DNA of 64,000 nt, from positions 1-64,000 of the forward strand of contig QPMI01000500.1 of the NCBI GenBank assembly GCA_004431415.1, given 5' to 3'. Source of the stretch: Cyanophora paradoxa CCMP329. Taxonomy: Eukaryota; Plantae; Glaucophyta. The position numbers and the translations under genes were made by a program. Within the stretch, counting starts at the first letter, position 1; each line of letters starts with the position of its first letter. Positions 23,201-32,379 of the stretch are shown here, piece by piece. The notes under the pieces were generated by a model. It ran no database searches. It saw only the letters and a program-made list of their open reading frames with translations, and had not been told where the DNA came from.

Positions 23201-23464
23201 GTAGGTCTGAGAGCAAAAGTTTACAGTTTCAGAACTGCTGAGATTGAGAGGAGTAAGCTCTCTGGGACTTCCACTGAGGAACTCCAATTTAATGATTTTA
23301 AGCAGTGTTTATTTGCAGGTATCAGCAAGACTGTGACTGCAAAGCAGAAGAGAAGGGCAGATCACACAATAATAGATACCGTGAGTAGAAGGGTTGCCCT
23401 AAACTGCTTTGATGCAAAGAGATACATCTTACCAGATGGTATTAATTCTGTTCCTTTTAATTAA
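20219..23464 (+). CDS. Protein-primed family B DNA polymerase with C2H2 and EndoVII/HNH-like inserts and a degenerate exonuclease
   Basis: DANNLYG, KLMNNSIYGK, HDTDS and LRAKVYS polymerase motifs. CRDHDHHTG...ACRNCN insert. Confidence 0.93.
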   Translation: MPRITNKLIREKKWELMGLLGTLYAAHEITEAEYDREIDLIAKGRPTLARLTRKANNLYDKIETLDELDRLRQIEPEAEDGTAMNELYRWLTYRARREVVVDVIEFLDRIATSLPDRLKQGLDQFRAIKVRLSFICKFVKVSNPQVWISKYIYSDYFVLTRSRNIRTELNKAAQICQEQMNVVDSYRLERIEILRVAIMSYAPTGGCFLQTPEWIARKRATVNIRNIDDSCFENAILAYIHRKAINSHKRNELSQYRKWKYSAIAYNPLALNFDNIPFPVACDAEIIDKFESQNAGISINIFGMDRDVIYPLHQSSNPGRKQKINLMLIHDDEGNGHYITIMSLSRLLKVNHETYNDQKLHYCDTCLSRFRSEAKLTAHVDSNRCIDWRLSKGITPKPETTIEFGLKNLRKTVWLPVVVYCKIEHRSIPIDASKSKREVSAVNLRVVTGADVQEFRFEGQDPMGGLFECLESKARELIDFLFTNIPMNELTDEQKAIYRATKHCYLCSERFTKENFKCRDHDHHTGHYIAPACRNCNLHRRISKQTKVAVVVDQMDDCGTFIFRKIAGMGDKNRIEILSKNFDQYLSLQWGLYKFIDASNFMDFGAADVDELMNKFQAFRRLSHSVYGLDPVHYVSAPGLSWDAMLRTTEAKIELISDVEQYEFVERGIRGGFATMPCRYAEADGENSHIMLFDANNLYGYCLSQPIPVGDFRWETEFNPQDNRSSFLEVDLEYPIRLYLDHSDFPLIINKKIVEYAELSQYQKSLLDLSGEELDKTPKLTATFGSVANYVISEPLLQYLLDKGVKLKKIHRVLSFTVAPVMKPYIELNTDMRRKAVNKFEADFYKLMNNSIYGKCIESCRGRSVVKIANSEKLFMKYAASPLVKSTSPINEKAVAFEFYTKHVKLDKPVAIGAYVLDAAKLHNYQFFYDTVRSQWTKAKLLFHDTDSFCLYIESKTLQKDIENISYALDLGGSNRMTPGKYKNEMPGSAILEYVGLRAKVYSFRTAEIERSKLSGTSTEELQFNDFKQCLFAGISKTVTAKQKRRADHTIIDTVSRRVALNCFDAKRYILPDGINSVPFN

Positions 23465-23467
23465 GAG

Positions 23468-24853
23468 ATGCCAGCAACTGGAAGAATAGTTAGGAGAACC
23501 ACTGAGCAACTACAAGGTAACCTACTGCCTATCACAGTTCCAAAGGAGGAAAAAGGGGAATCTCGAATTGTCAAAAAATCAGAGATGAAAGAGCTTGTCC
23601 CTGTGGAGATCCCAGTTGCTATTGCAGTGAAAGAAACTAGCAAGATTGCCAAGAGATTCTATGATGTGAGGACTGGTTACAAAGGGCTTCAAGCTATGAG
23701 GGCTGAGTTACCAGATGAATCCTATAAGCAGTTGCAAGAGTTCTATAAAAAACAAGAGGTAGTTCAGATCAATGCACCTGCTATATCTAGGAAGAGAGAT
23801 CCCATGGTTCCAATAAGGCAACCCCTTGATACCTATGTGATTGATTTGCTCTTTTTCCCAGCTTATAAGAAACAAAACAATGGCTATGATACCTTTATGA
23901 CTGCTATGGAATCAACACTGAGAACTGGATATATCATACCTATAAGAGATAAATCAGCTCTCACTACATTAGCTGCATTTAAGCAGCTTGAAATGAGAGT
24001 GGCAAGACCCATAGTAAAAGTTCAATCAGATGCTGGGAGTGAGTTCCAAAATCGAATATTCCAGGAGTATTTATCTAGTAAATTCATAGAACACCAAGTG
24101 AGTGGAACTGCAGACCATAGAAGCCAAGGTCGAATTGAAGCCTTTAACAAGCAGATTAAGAGACTGATCACAAACTACTGCATAGCTAATAACACAGCTA
24201 GATTCTTTGATGTGTTAGGTGATATTGAGTATAATTACAATAATACAGTTCACTCAGCTACTAAGATGAAGCCAGGCGAAACTACAGAGGAGCATTATAG
24301 GTATATAGTGGGATTAGAAGATGAAAGATTCAAGAAATCAATAGCTTACCTTGATACCATGCAGCCAGGCATGTTTGTTAGAGTGAAAGTTGAGAAAAAT
24401 GCCTTTGCTAAACAGGGTAACAATTGGTCTAGGATGGTTTACACTGTTGATAGTAGGGAAGGCTTTAAGTTTAAGCTAAGGAGTCCCACTGGTGAGATCA
24501 TAGAAAACAGGTTTGCTTTCCATGAGCTGTTACCTGTGAATTCAGTTGAGTATCTGGAAACACCTACAGTGGATGCATTAGAGCAAGCCAAAGAGGAAGC
24601 CAAGGTTGATGCTGCTATAAGGAGAGAAGGCATAGAAGCTGCTAATGAAGTCCCAGATAAGCCTTTGATAGAGGCTAGAAAGGAGAAGACTGGCAAGGTT
24701 AATAGGGAACTCAAAAAGCTCACTATAGCAGGGACACAGAAACTTTCTGAGGTTAATAGCCAGAGATGGTATAATGACTTTCAGACTACTAAGGAGTCAT
24801 ATACAGCCCCTAAACCTCAGAGAACACTAAGAGAAAGGACCAAAACTAGCTAG
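23468..24853 (+). CDS. Retroviral-type (rve) DDE integrase
   Basis: VIDL, SDAGSEF, GRIEAFNKQIK, YNNTVHSATKMKP, FAKQGNNWS. Confidence 0.93.
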   Translation: MPATGRIVRRTTEQLQGNLLPITVPKEEKGESRIVKKSEMKELVPVEIPVAIAVKETSKIAKRFYDVRTGYKGLQAMRAELPDESYKQLQEFYKKQEVVQINAPAISRKRDPMVPIRQPLDTYVIDLLFFPAYKKQNNGYDTFMTAMESTLRTGYIIPIRDKSALTTLAAFKQLEMRVARPIVKVQSDAGSEFQNRIFQEYLSSKFIEHQVSGTADHRSQGRIEAFNKQIKRLITNYCIANNTARFFDVLGDIEYNYNNTVHSATKMKPGETTEEHYRYIVGLEDERFKKSIAYLDTMQPGMFVRVKVEKNAFAKQGNNWSRMVYTVDSREGFKFKLRSPTGEIIENRFAFHELLPVNSVEYLETPTVDALEQAKEEAKVDAAIRREGIEAANEVPDKPLIEARKEKTGKVNRELKKLTIAGTQKLSEVNSQRWYNDFQTTKESYTAPKPQRTLRERTKTS

Positions 24854-25084
24854 TTTGCTAGGCAAAAACTCGTTTTTTCCAAATATATGTATGACTGATA
24901 TACATATATGCACATGATATACACATAGTCTTGTAGATCTTATCAAGCGCTTCACAGCGATATGCAGAACGTTGCGTTTTGATGATCTGGTGATGAGATA
25001 TAACAGTTTGAAGATGCAAAAGTCACTTGCCATAGTAGACTTGGTGAAACACTAGCCCAGGAGTCGACTTGGAAGTAAGTCGCT

Positions 25085-25145
25085 TTTGGCTCAGCGGTTA
25101 AGGCGCTTGGATTTCCGAGTCGCAATTCAAATCCGCTCGGGAACC
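25085..25145 (+). ncRNA. tRNA-derived / Pol III promoter-like sequence (not a complete tRNA)
   Basis: A-box TGGCTCAGCGG followed by TTAAGGCGC, degenerate B-box AATTCAAATCC, T6 at 25192-25197. Confidence 0.35.
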
Positions 25146-25736
25146 TTTACTTCGTTCGCCGTGAAACTTGAAAAGTAAAAAAAAAACGCGGTTTTTTCTA
25201 GATTAATGCTGTACCCGTCTGGAAAATCATTATTCACGTTTGCTACGATATCTCAGCACCAACTTATCAAATCGATGCGCTTTAAACGTCATAAAATCGA
25301 GCATTTCAAGGCGGTCTGAGCGCTTATCAGCCATATCGACATTTCGATAACCCTGACTCGAAATCGCGGTGAAAGCGATTTTGAATTTTATTTTAAATTC
25401 GATTAAAATGCATTAAACGTGAGTTTTTAATATAGATCACCAGGAAGTTATCAAATCGATGCACTGACGATCGAATATAATCACATATATAATACATAAC
25501 AATAACTTGCAATCACATATACGAATCTCGATGTGTATACATCGCTATTACGATTTAAGCGAGTTTTGAAATTCAAAATAATTCGATTAAATTCGATTAT
25601 AACTCAAAAATCGCGAGTTTTAACCATATACTTATCAATTCGATCAACGTATGATATCTTATATTCCGCTATATTGTATTGCTTCGATAAACGTGATCAC
25701 ATATATGAAAACATCAATCTAACATTGCATTTAGTA

Positions 25737-26857
25737 AGCATCTCCCCTAGATTCCCCCTATAATTAAAGTGGACTCAAGGTTGACTCATATTAATCGTAA
25801 AAGTAGTAATAGTATATGGATTTTGTTACGAATTCAATGCAAGGGTTGACTAAGTGGGTTGAGTTGACTCAAATTTCACAGGAAATAACAATGAATCAGA
25901 GTATAAAATGCATTTTTTGAATCAACTACACCAACTAACACTGAGAAAGTAGTTTATATCATATAGTATTACCATATATGGTTTGTCAGGCACTATAATA
26001 TAGTTGTCAGGCCCTAATATAGTATGTCAGGCATTGTCAGGCACCTTTTTAGAAAACTTTTATAAAATTGAAATTTCATTGTTAATCCAAACAATGACTT
26101 AGCCAAAATAAAATACTTTATGAAAATCGATAGATTTAATGCCTGACAAATAAATGCTGCCTGAAAGATTTAACACCAACTAACACTGAGATTTTCACAA
26201 TATATGAGGTCCTTACTGAATATGGTTTGTGTGACAGGTGTGACAGGTTTATCCCGTGGATTTTAAAAATCAATTTCTCACTAGGACTTTCCTTGGGATT
26301 GACCTGTCACACCTGTCACACCTGTCACACCCAAAATCCTAAGGGTCCCCCCTTAGACTCAACAAAACAATGATAAAATCATATAAGTTTCATGTATAAT
26401 TACGATTGAATTCAATAAGAGATCGATTTGTTAATATAAACAAATGAATCATTTATGGATCTTAATCGAGTTAAGCGATATATTTCCGATTAAATGAATT
26501 AAATTTAATTAAATTTAATCGAGAAAGTACATGAATATAATATCGATTAAATCAATTAACAAACAGACCAATCACACATAGTAAAATGCGGAGTTTTAAC
26601 CAGAGGCAAGATCTAATTGAGATTCAGTTATATTATTCGGAAATATATACAGATTATCGATTAACTCAGTAAGACTAATCGGAAAATAAGAGAAATTTAC
26701 GATAAAATATCGAAAAGAATACAAAATAATCGAAATAAATGAATATTCGATAAGATATACACAGATTATCGATTGATTGAAATAGAATATACGAGATATA
26801 TCAACAAAATCAATTAAGATTAAGCCGAGGGTTAAAACTCCGCATTTTACTATGTGT
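25737..26857. repeat. A1 right TIR
   Basis: Reverse complement of 32797-33690 plus a 245-bp insertion. Direct match to 59674-60736 outside the variable modules. Confidence 0.93.
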
Positions 26858-27430
26858 GGCGCCGCACGCGCGCGCGCGCGTGCGCAGGACGTGACGCTCA
26901 GGCTCAGTTCGGACTGCGTCGATGCCCTCTCTCAGCGGTCGTTGCGCGCCTGGAGCGGCGTCCGGACCCTGCACCTGCTCACGGATGTGTACGGCTGGGC
27001 GCTCCCCGCCCGCTTCCTCGCGGTGCGTGCGCGCGTCGCCCCGTGCAGCACGTGCAGCCGCAGCGCATCGATTCTCACCCGCACCCGTCCACAGCGCGTG
27101 GCGTCCGAGACGCCCGACCTGAGGGAGCTCGCAGTGGCGGGCGAGCTGGCCGGGGCCCTCCCGCTGCCCGCCGGCGTCCCCGCCGCCCTCGGCGGCCGCC
27201 CCCGCCGCCTGCCGGCGAACGCGGTCGACCCCCGCGCCAGGAAGGCGGCCCATGGCCAGGCCCGGCAGCGCGCCCAGCAGGCCGTGCGCCCGATCGCGAC
27301 GATCGCGACCCGCGCGCGCGTGATTCGCGCTAGCGCGGCCCTCGAGCATGACGCATATATTTGCCGGCCGCAGGAGCTCGAGAGCGCCCTTGGCATCCGA
27401 GTCGAACCTTACTTTCGTTCAGATTTTTGA
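26858..27430 (+). other. GC-rich host-like stub, possibly the 3' part of an interrupted gene
   Basis: Very high GC with an open frame to 27430 and no recognisable domain. Confidence 0.5.
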
Positions 27431-27460
27431 ATGCAAATACGAAATTCTTTCTTATGAAAA

Positions 27461-28177
27461 AAATGAGATAGTGGGGGTTCCAGCCCACCCACCTCTTTCT
27501 CACCCTCACTCCTCCAAACCACCCCAACCCACACACTCCAACGCCTTCCAACACACATTCTCTTCCATCCCTTCGTTACGTCTACCACCACAACCTCTCC
27601 AAACCAACCATCCAGCAACCGCTAGGTAGTATCTAACGTCTAGTCCGATCGATTTTGCAAAAGATATAGCAGTGATTTTAGGCGGACCCCCAAAGCGCCG
27701 GTCTCAGAATAATCTTCAGATACAGCTAGACGTTAATTTTGTGTACTTTGAATCTAACAGAGAAAACATGTTTAGCTCAATTCTAGACGATATTAATGAG
27801 TACAATGAAGCTAACAGAGGAAACACGTTTAGCTCAATTCTAGACGTTAGTTGTGTGTATTTCGAATCAAATGAGATAGTGGGGGTGCCAGCCCACCCCC
27901 CTCTTTCTCACCCTCACTCCTCCAAACCCACCCCAACCCACCCACTCCAACGCCTTCCCAACCACCACTTCCGTCCACTCTCTCCTTACGTCTACCACCT
28001 TCCTCTCCCTCTGGTCTACCTCTCCTTCCAAACAGCAACCGCTAGGTAATATCCAACGTCTAGACCGATCGATCTTGCAAAAGATATAGCAATGATTTGA
28101 GGCGGACCCCCAAAGCGCCGGTCTCAGAATCATCTTCAACATCATTTAGACGTTAATTGTGTGTATTTCGAATCTAA
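27461..28177. repeat. Two ~300-bp imperfect direct repeats (27461, 27869) with C-rich tracts, separated by ~57-bp TAGACG repeats
   Basis: AAATGAGATAGTGGGGGT...GCAACCGCTAGGTA...GGCGGACCCCAAAGCGCCGGTCTCAGAAT occurs twice. Probably the terminal region of B. Confidence 0.8.
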
Positions 28178-28271
28178 AAAACAAAGAGGTTTCAAGGGTT
28201 ATGCTACACGTAATTACTATATCATCGGAATCTAATTACATACTCGAGTTCAGGTTCTAGCTAGACGCTAA

Positions 28272-28904
28272 TTATTCCCACCGATGACGTAGTCCAAGTT
28301 TAGTGAAACCACTTAACATTGGTTTGTATTCGATCGACGGCCCGACAGGATCAGCGCTGCTAGAGGCGATGCGCAAGATCGATGTGTTTGCTACAGGTAA
28401 TTCGCTAGCATTCTCATCCACCTCGGGGATTGCGACGATCGTCTTAGCAGGAACAGCAGATGATGGAGGAGAAAGCTTTTTATCAATTTTGGTCTTAGCA
28501 ATCGGTTCGTTTAAAATCTTGTTTTCCATTTTAGTCTCAACCGCTATACCAGCAATAAGATCACCAGCACGCTTCTTTGAAATTGTTTTCAACCCAGTCA
28601 CTGTTTTAATGAAATATCTGCTACGATTACCAGTCTCTGATACATACAGCGGACCATCGTCAGTATCCTTCAGTTTACTAGTTTTGCTTTTCTTTGTCCG
28701 CGAATTTGGGATCTTATCTAGAATAGCGTTTTCGTCGGCAGTAAGAGCAAAATCGATAGACGCACCCTCACCACCAGCAGTCCGACGAACTAAAGGATAG
28801 GATTCAGTATCACCGCTCAAAAATTCAATATTATTCTTTTTATTGGGTGAGTTTGTAAGTTTTCTAGAAGCCGAAGGCAAGTAGCCACTTGTGCTACGCA
28901 CCAT
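28272..28904 (-). CDS. Hypothetical Lys/Ser-rich protein of element B
   Basis: Likely start MVRSTSG just downstream of the penton gene. Confidence 0.55.
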   Translation of the reverse strand: MVRSTSGYLPSASRKLTNSPNKKNNIEFLSGDTESYPLVRRTAGGEGASIDFALTADENAILDKIPNSRTKKSKTSKLKDTDDGPLYVSETGNRSRYFIKTVTGLKTISKKRAGDLIAGIAVETKMENKILNEPIAKTKIDKKLSPPSSAVPAKTIVAIPEVDENASELPVANTSILRIASSSADPVGPSIEYKPMLSGFTKLGLRHRWE

Positions 28905-28974
28905 TTGTTTTAAATAAGGAACAGAAAAAAGTCGACAGACAAGCTGCCTCGGCTGCGCATTCGCGAAAGTGAAT

Positions 28975-29850
28975 TTAAGCAAAACTGCGATCAAACGGAT
29001 GAAACTCACTATCTGTGTTTCTGATTGACGAGCGAAGTGATGCCTTTGTGTATGAAGAATCTTCAATTTCGAACTCGATAACGAATGAGAATTCAGTGTT
29101 AAAAGCTGCAGTAAATCCATTAAAATAACGTATTGACACATCAAGTTGTTCTAACTCAGAATTATGATCGACGGAAACAGGAACACGTTCATCAGATGTA
29201 TATTTGATAAGCTCTCCAAATTTCGCATCGATATGAATCTTTGCCAACGATGTGTTTGTCCAGTTATTTATTGTGTGAATCGAACCACGAATCTGATCGA
29301 TATGTAGGAAGAGATAAGTATGATAAAGAAGATCAACAGGTATATCGCCAACGATAGCAAACGCATAATCAACAGCATCAACTGTGATTGGAGTATCCAG
29401 CTGTTCTGCGGAATCTGTAACAGCCTTTGTGAAGCCGAGCAGATTTGCGAGTTCAAGAGTGGAAAACGTCAGAGTAAACTCCGATTCACACAAGATTGTG
29501 ATTTTCATTGAAACATCATCAAAAACCGTTAAGAACTTGCGTTGGTAAGTACTCCCCAAATAACTGTATTGTTGTGTTTTCAAAAGAACGTTCATATAAT
29601 TCGCAAGAGATGTTGGAGTATATGATCCAGCTCGAAATAGGTTCGTTCTGGTTTTAATTACATTGCTAGGATCGAGCGTAATGGTTGTTATTGAAGCATC
29701 AGCAGCTAGATTATACATATTGTGAAAAAGTTCTAGCGATTCAATTCTAGCCGACTTCACGTTTGCTAACGCCCGAGGCAGATTAATTTTGAAATTCGAG
29801 GACGTGCCTTCGAACCGATCTCTAGAATCAACATTTACGCGGAGTTTCAT
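28975..29850 (-). CDS. Minor capsid protein (penton) of B
   Basis: VNVDSRDR...LDVSIRYFNG...FSFVIEFE. Confidence 0.82.
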   Translation of the reverse strand: MKLRVNVDSRDRFEGTSSNFKINLPRALANVKSARIESLELFHNMYNLAADASITTITLDPSNVIKTRTNLFRAGSYTPTSLANYMNVLLKTQQYSYLGSTYQRKFLTVFDDVSMKITILCESEFTLTFSTLELANLLGFTKAVTDSAEQLDTPITVDAVDYAFAIVGDIPVDLLYHTYLFLHIDQIRGSIHTINNWTNTSLAKIHIDAKFGELIKYTSDERVPVSVDHNSELEQLDVSIRYFNGFTAAFNTEFSFVIEFEIEDSSYTKASLRSSIRNTDSEFHPFDRSFA

Positions 29851-29893
29851 CTTTACAACAATATACGTGAAATATTCTGTAATATAATATCAA

Positions 29894-31123
29894 ATGGCGC
29901 AAGCAGGAACTACTCTGAAAGAGCTCCTAACAACCAAAGGATCGAACGAGCTTTATCTATCGCCAGGTCTAACTGTCGGTGTTAGCCCAAAGTTTAAGCC
30001 TTTCCTTGAGACGATCCGTCCGCGAGGCAACTCATACGGATTCGCACAGACTGCTGCTTTCGACCTTCCGCGCAAGCAACTTCTAAATGGCGTCTCCCTA
30101 TATTTTAAGGTAACAGTCGCTGGTGGAGCTGCCGCTTCGGTTCTTCCTAATGGTGCTGGTGCATTTATTGAAAACGTACGCTTTGTTCATGGATCTTTCA
30201 AAATGGTAATTCCCGGTGATTGGCTTACAGTGAACGCACTGATTGATAACAGCGTCGCATCCGCCCAAGCTTTTGCTAGCAGCTACGGCTTTGGAAAAGA
30301 CGCAGCTCTAGAGATTCTCGATGCTAGCCGAGAGTACGTGCTGAAGATCCCATCACAGCTTTGGGACAATTCATATTTCCCTCTGCTAGCACTTGCGGAT
30401 ATGCCAACCGTCGAGATTGACTTCCGTTCGGCTGGTGTGATTGGAACTGTTGCTGATGCTATTGCGACTCTAACGGATTGTGCCCTGGTTTGTCAGTTCG
30501 TGAATATTCCTAGCGAAGAGGCAGAGTCTATGCTAAAATCTGCGAACGAGTCTGGCGGTATTAGAATTCCCTTTACTGAAATCATTTCAAAGCGCTCACG
30601 CCAGCTTAAGACGGACGACGCAGGAAACGCTGTCGAAATATCCCTTGCTAACGTTAGCGGCCTTGTGCACGCGATCCTGATGACAGTGCGTAATGCGAAT
30701 CACCTGGGCACTCGCAATCATAATTCATTTGCCGGTAACGGTAACGCTTTGAAGATTGATTCGTTTGAGATCATGCACAATAATCGCACTCTCGATATCA
30801 GTAATAAGCCAATCTCTGGATTTGTTTCGAGCTGCTATCATATCCCAACTCAATATCGCGGAGCAACAACTGGTAATTCAGCCCTTGGTTTTGAAGACGG
30901 AAATGTCTATGGTATTGTGCTTTCGAAATCTGGCAAAGACTCCCTCCACAACGCTGTCCTCGGCTACACAGACTTCTTCAACTCAAGCAGCAGCTACTGC
31001 TCCCTCACTGTCACCGGATGTACAAACACCGCACCAGCTGTAGTCGATTTTCACGTCCTGCGCCACAACGTTCTCGTAATTAATTCATATCAAATGTCGA
31101 CTCTAAAAGTAAGTAACTTCTAA
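29894..31123 (+). CDS. Major capsid protein of B
   Basis: FDLPR, YFPLLAL, ISLANVSGLVHAIL and DFFNSSSS align with the A MCP. Confidence 0.82.
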   Translation: MAQAGTTLKELLTTKGSNELYLSPGLTVGVSPKFKPFLETIRPRGNSYGFAQTAAFDLPRKQLLNGVSLYFKVTVAGGAAASVLPNGAGAFIENVRFVHGSFKMVIPGDWLTVNALIDNSVASAQAFASSYGFGKDAALEILDASREYVLKIPSQLWDNSYFPLLALADMPTVEIDFRSAGVIGTVADAIATLTDCALVCQFVNIPSEEAESMLKSANESGGIRIPFTEIISKRSRQLKTDDAGNAVEISLANVSGLVHAILMTVRNANHLGTRNHNSFAGNGNALKIDSFEIMHNNRTLDISNKPISGFVSSCYHIPTQYRGATTGNSALGFEDGNVYGIVLSKSGKDSLHNAVLGYTDFFNSSSSYCSLTVTGCTNTAPAVVDFHVLRHNVLVINSYQMSTLKVSNF

Positions 31124-31124
31124 A

Positions 31125-31829
31125 ATGGATATCAAATTGTTTGATCCAGCAGAAGTAAAACTTCCTAAACGGTTCTTGTTTGTCGGCCCCACCAACTCGG
31201 GCAAAAGCACCTACGTAAAACACGTATTAAATGCTGTAGCAAATCAGCTAGACGATATTTACGTCTTCAGCACAACGGCATTTACAGAACAGTGGGACGA
31301 TACCACTCGCAAGAGCAATATTTATGAAGAATGGGATACAGTTTTGGTTGAAGAACTTTTAGAACGTCAAAAAGAAAGACGACGCAAGAAAGATGATCGA
31401 AAAATAGCAATTGTTTTAGATGACTTGCTTGATAATGACCTAGTAAACGTCCACAGTGACCGATTAATGCAAAAGCTTTTTACTAGCGGAAGACATTACA
31501 ATATATCGCTCTTTATCACGACACAACGTCTATGTGGCATTAGTCCGACGATTCGGCGAAATTGCGAATATGTATGCTTTTCGTCGATTCTATCGAATAT
31601 TAAAGAGTTCGATTGCGTCTTTGCCGAATACAACGCCGGAGCGAGTCGAGCAGTTTTAATGCGTCTTTTCCTTGAATGGGGTCATTCGTATCAGGTTTTG
31701 ATATTTGAAGCCGCGACCGTGGACCGCGTCTACTCTGTTGATAAATCTTCTGGAGATTTTTCGGCTCTATCAAGCTTTTTACACGCAAGAAAGCGGCCCG
31801 GTCGAAAGCCGGCAACCAATCTTGTCTAA
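31125..31829 (+). CDS. A32-like packaging ATPase of B
   Basis: GPTNSGKS, IVLDD, SGRHYNISLFITTQ. Confidence 0.92.
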   Translation: MDIKLFDPAEVKLPKRFLFVGPTNSGKSTYVKHVLNAVANQLDDIYVFSTTAFTEQWDDTTRKSNIYEEWDTVLVEELLERQKERRRKKDDRKIAIVLDDLLDNDLVNVHSDRLMQKLFTSGRHYNISLFITTQRLCGISPTIRRNCEYVCFSSILSNIKEFDCVFAEYNAGASRAVLMRLFLEWGHSYQVLIFEAATVDRVYSVDKSSGDFSALSSFLHARKRPGRKPATNLV

Positions 31830-31971
31830 GCAACCAACTAGTATATTCTGGTTTAGCTGAGGCAATCCACAAATAGCTTGCGCCCTTGTAAATGCCGAAG
31901 CTGATGCAGTGGCATGGTGAAAGTTGTGATCTCCCCGGCCAACATATTTCTAAATCTTCAATATCCATCAA
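31600..31971 (-). CDS. Small FGxYKG-motif protein (DUF3820/ExoX C-terminal-like)
   Basis: ISFGIYKG...IASAKPEYTSWLL. The 3' part overlaps the ATPase, so the true end is uncertain. Confidence 0.45.
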   Translation of the reverse strand: MMDIEDLEICWPGRSQLSPCHCISFGIYKGASYLWIASAKPEYTSWLLRQDWLPAFDRAAFLRVKSLIEPKNLQKIYQQSRRGPRSRLQISKPDTNDPIQGKDALKLLDSLRRCIRQRRNRTL

Positions 31972-31992
31972 AAAGATAAAGGTGTTATTCCT

Positions 31993-32241
31993 TCAATTAA
32001 ACCGTGATTTCGATGTTTGATCTTTATAAGCATCTTCGAATGAATCATAATAACCGATTATCTTCTTGCAACCATTGATTTTGGTTTCTGCTTTCCATTT
32101 ATCGGTTCGTTTGTCAAAGGAAACACGGACATAGTGGTTGGTGGGTCGGTGGATTCTCCTCCGGCAATGTTTCAGTAGAAGATATTCAATGTGTTGCTGG
32201 ATTGCAAAGGCAACGTATATCGGAAGGTTGATATCGGTCAT
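31993..32241 (-). CDS. AP2-domain DNA-binding protein
   Basis: VSFDKRTDKWKAETKINGCKKIIGYYDSFEDA. Confidence 0.7.
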   Translation of the reverse strand: MTDINLPIYVAFAIQQHIEYLLLKHCRRRIHRPTNHYVRVSFDKRTDKWKAETKINGCKKIIGYYDSFEDAYKDQTSKSRFN

Positions 32242-32379
32242 CTCTTTTTCGTTACTTTTACATATTGCAATATATTTAAGGCATATTCACGCGATTCTAC
32301 CTTCGAATTCTCTTTGCGTAATATCCAGCGGGTTTGGCGCCTGCTCTGAGCAATGGTTCAGCAGCAATTTCGAGTTTTT

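Larger units (their letters stand above)
1..26857. mobile_element. Endogenous Polinton-like virus, copy A1 (left end outside window)
   Basis: Encodes MCP, two pentons, A32 ATPase, pPolB, rve integrase and primase-helicase. AT-rich, ending at ...CATTTTACTATGTGT (26857) with an abrupt switch to GC-rich DNA. Colinear with 32797-60736. Confidence 0.93.

Noticed and set aside
26064-26071. Mimivirus early promoter AAAATTGA in module spacers (also ~50229 on the minus strand)
   Set aside because: Expected by chance in very AT-rich DNA, and no clear downstream ORF.
25737-26857. CRISPR array
   Set aside because: No regular repeat-spacer periodicity and no cas genes. The repeats are iterons and inverted repeats.
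26574-26857. Terminal cassette as three independent MITE insertions
   Set aside because: No TSD, and the inner junction is identical at all three ends, so it is part of the TIR.
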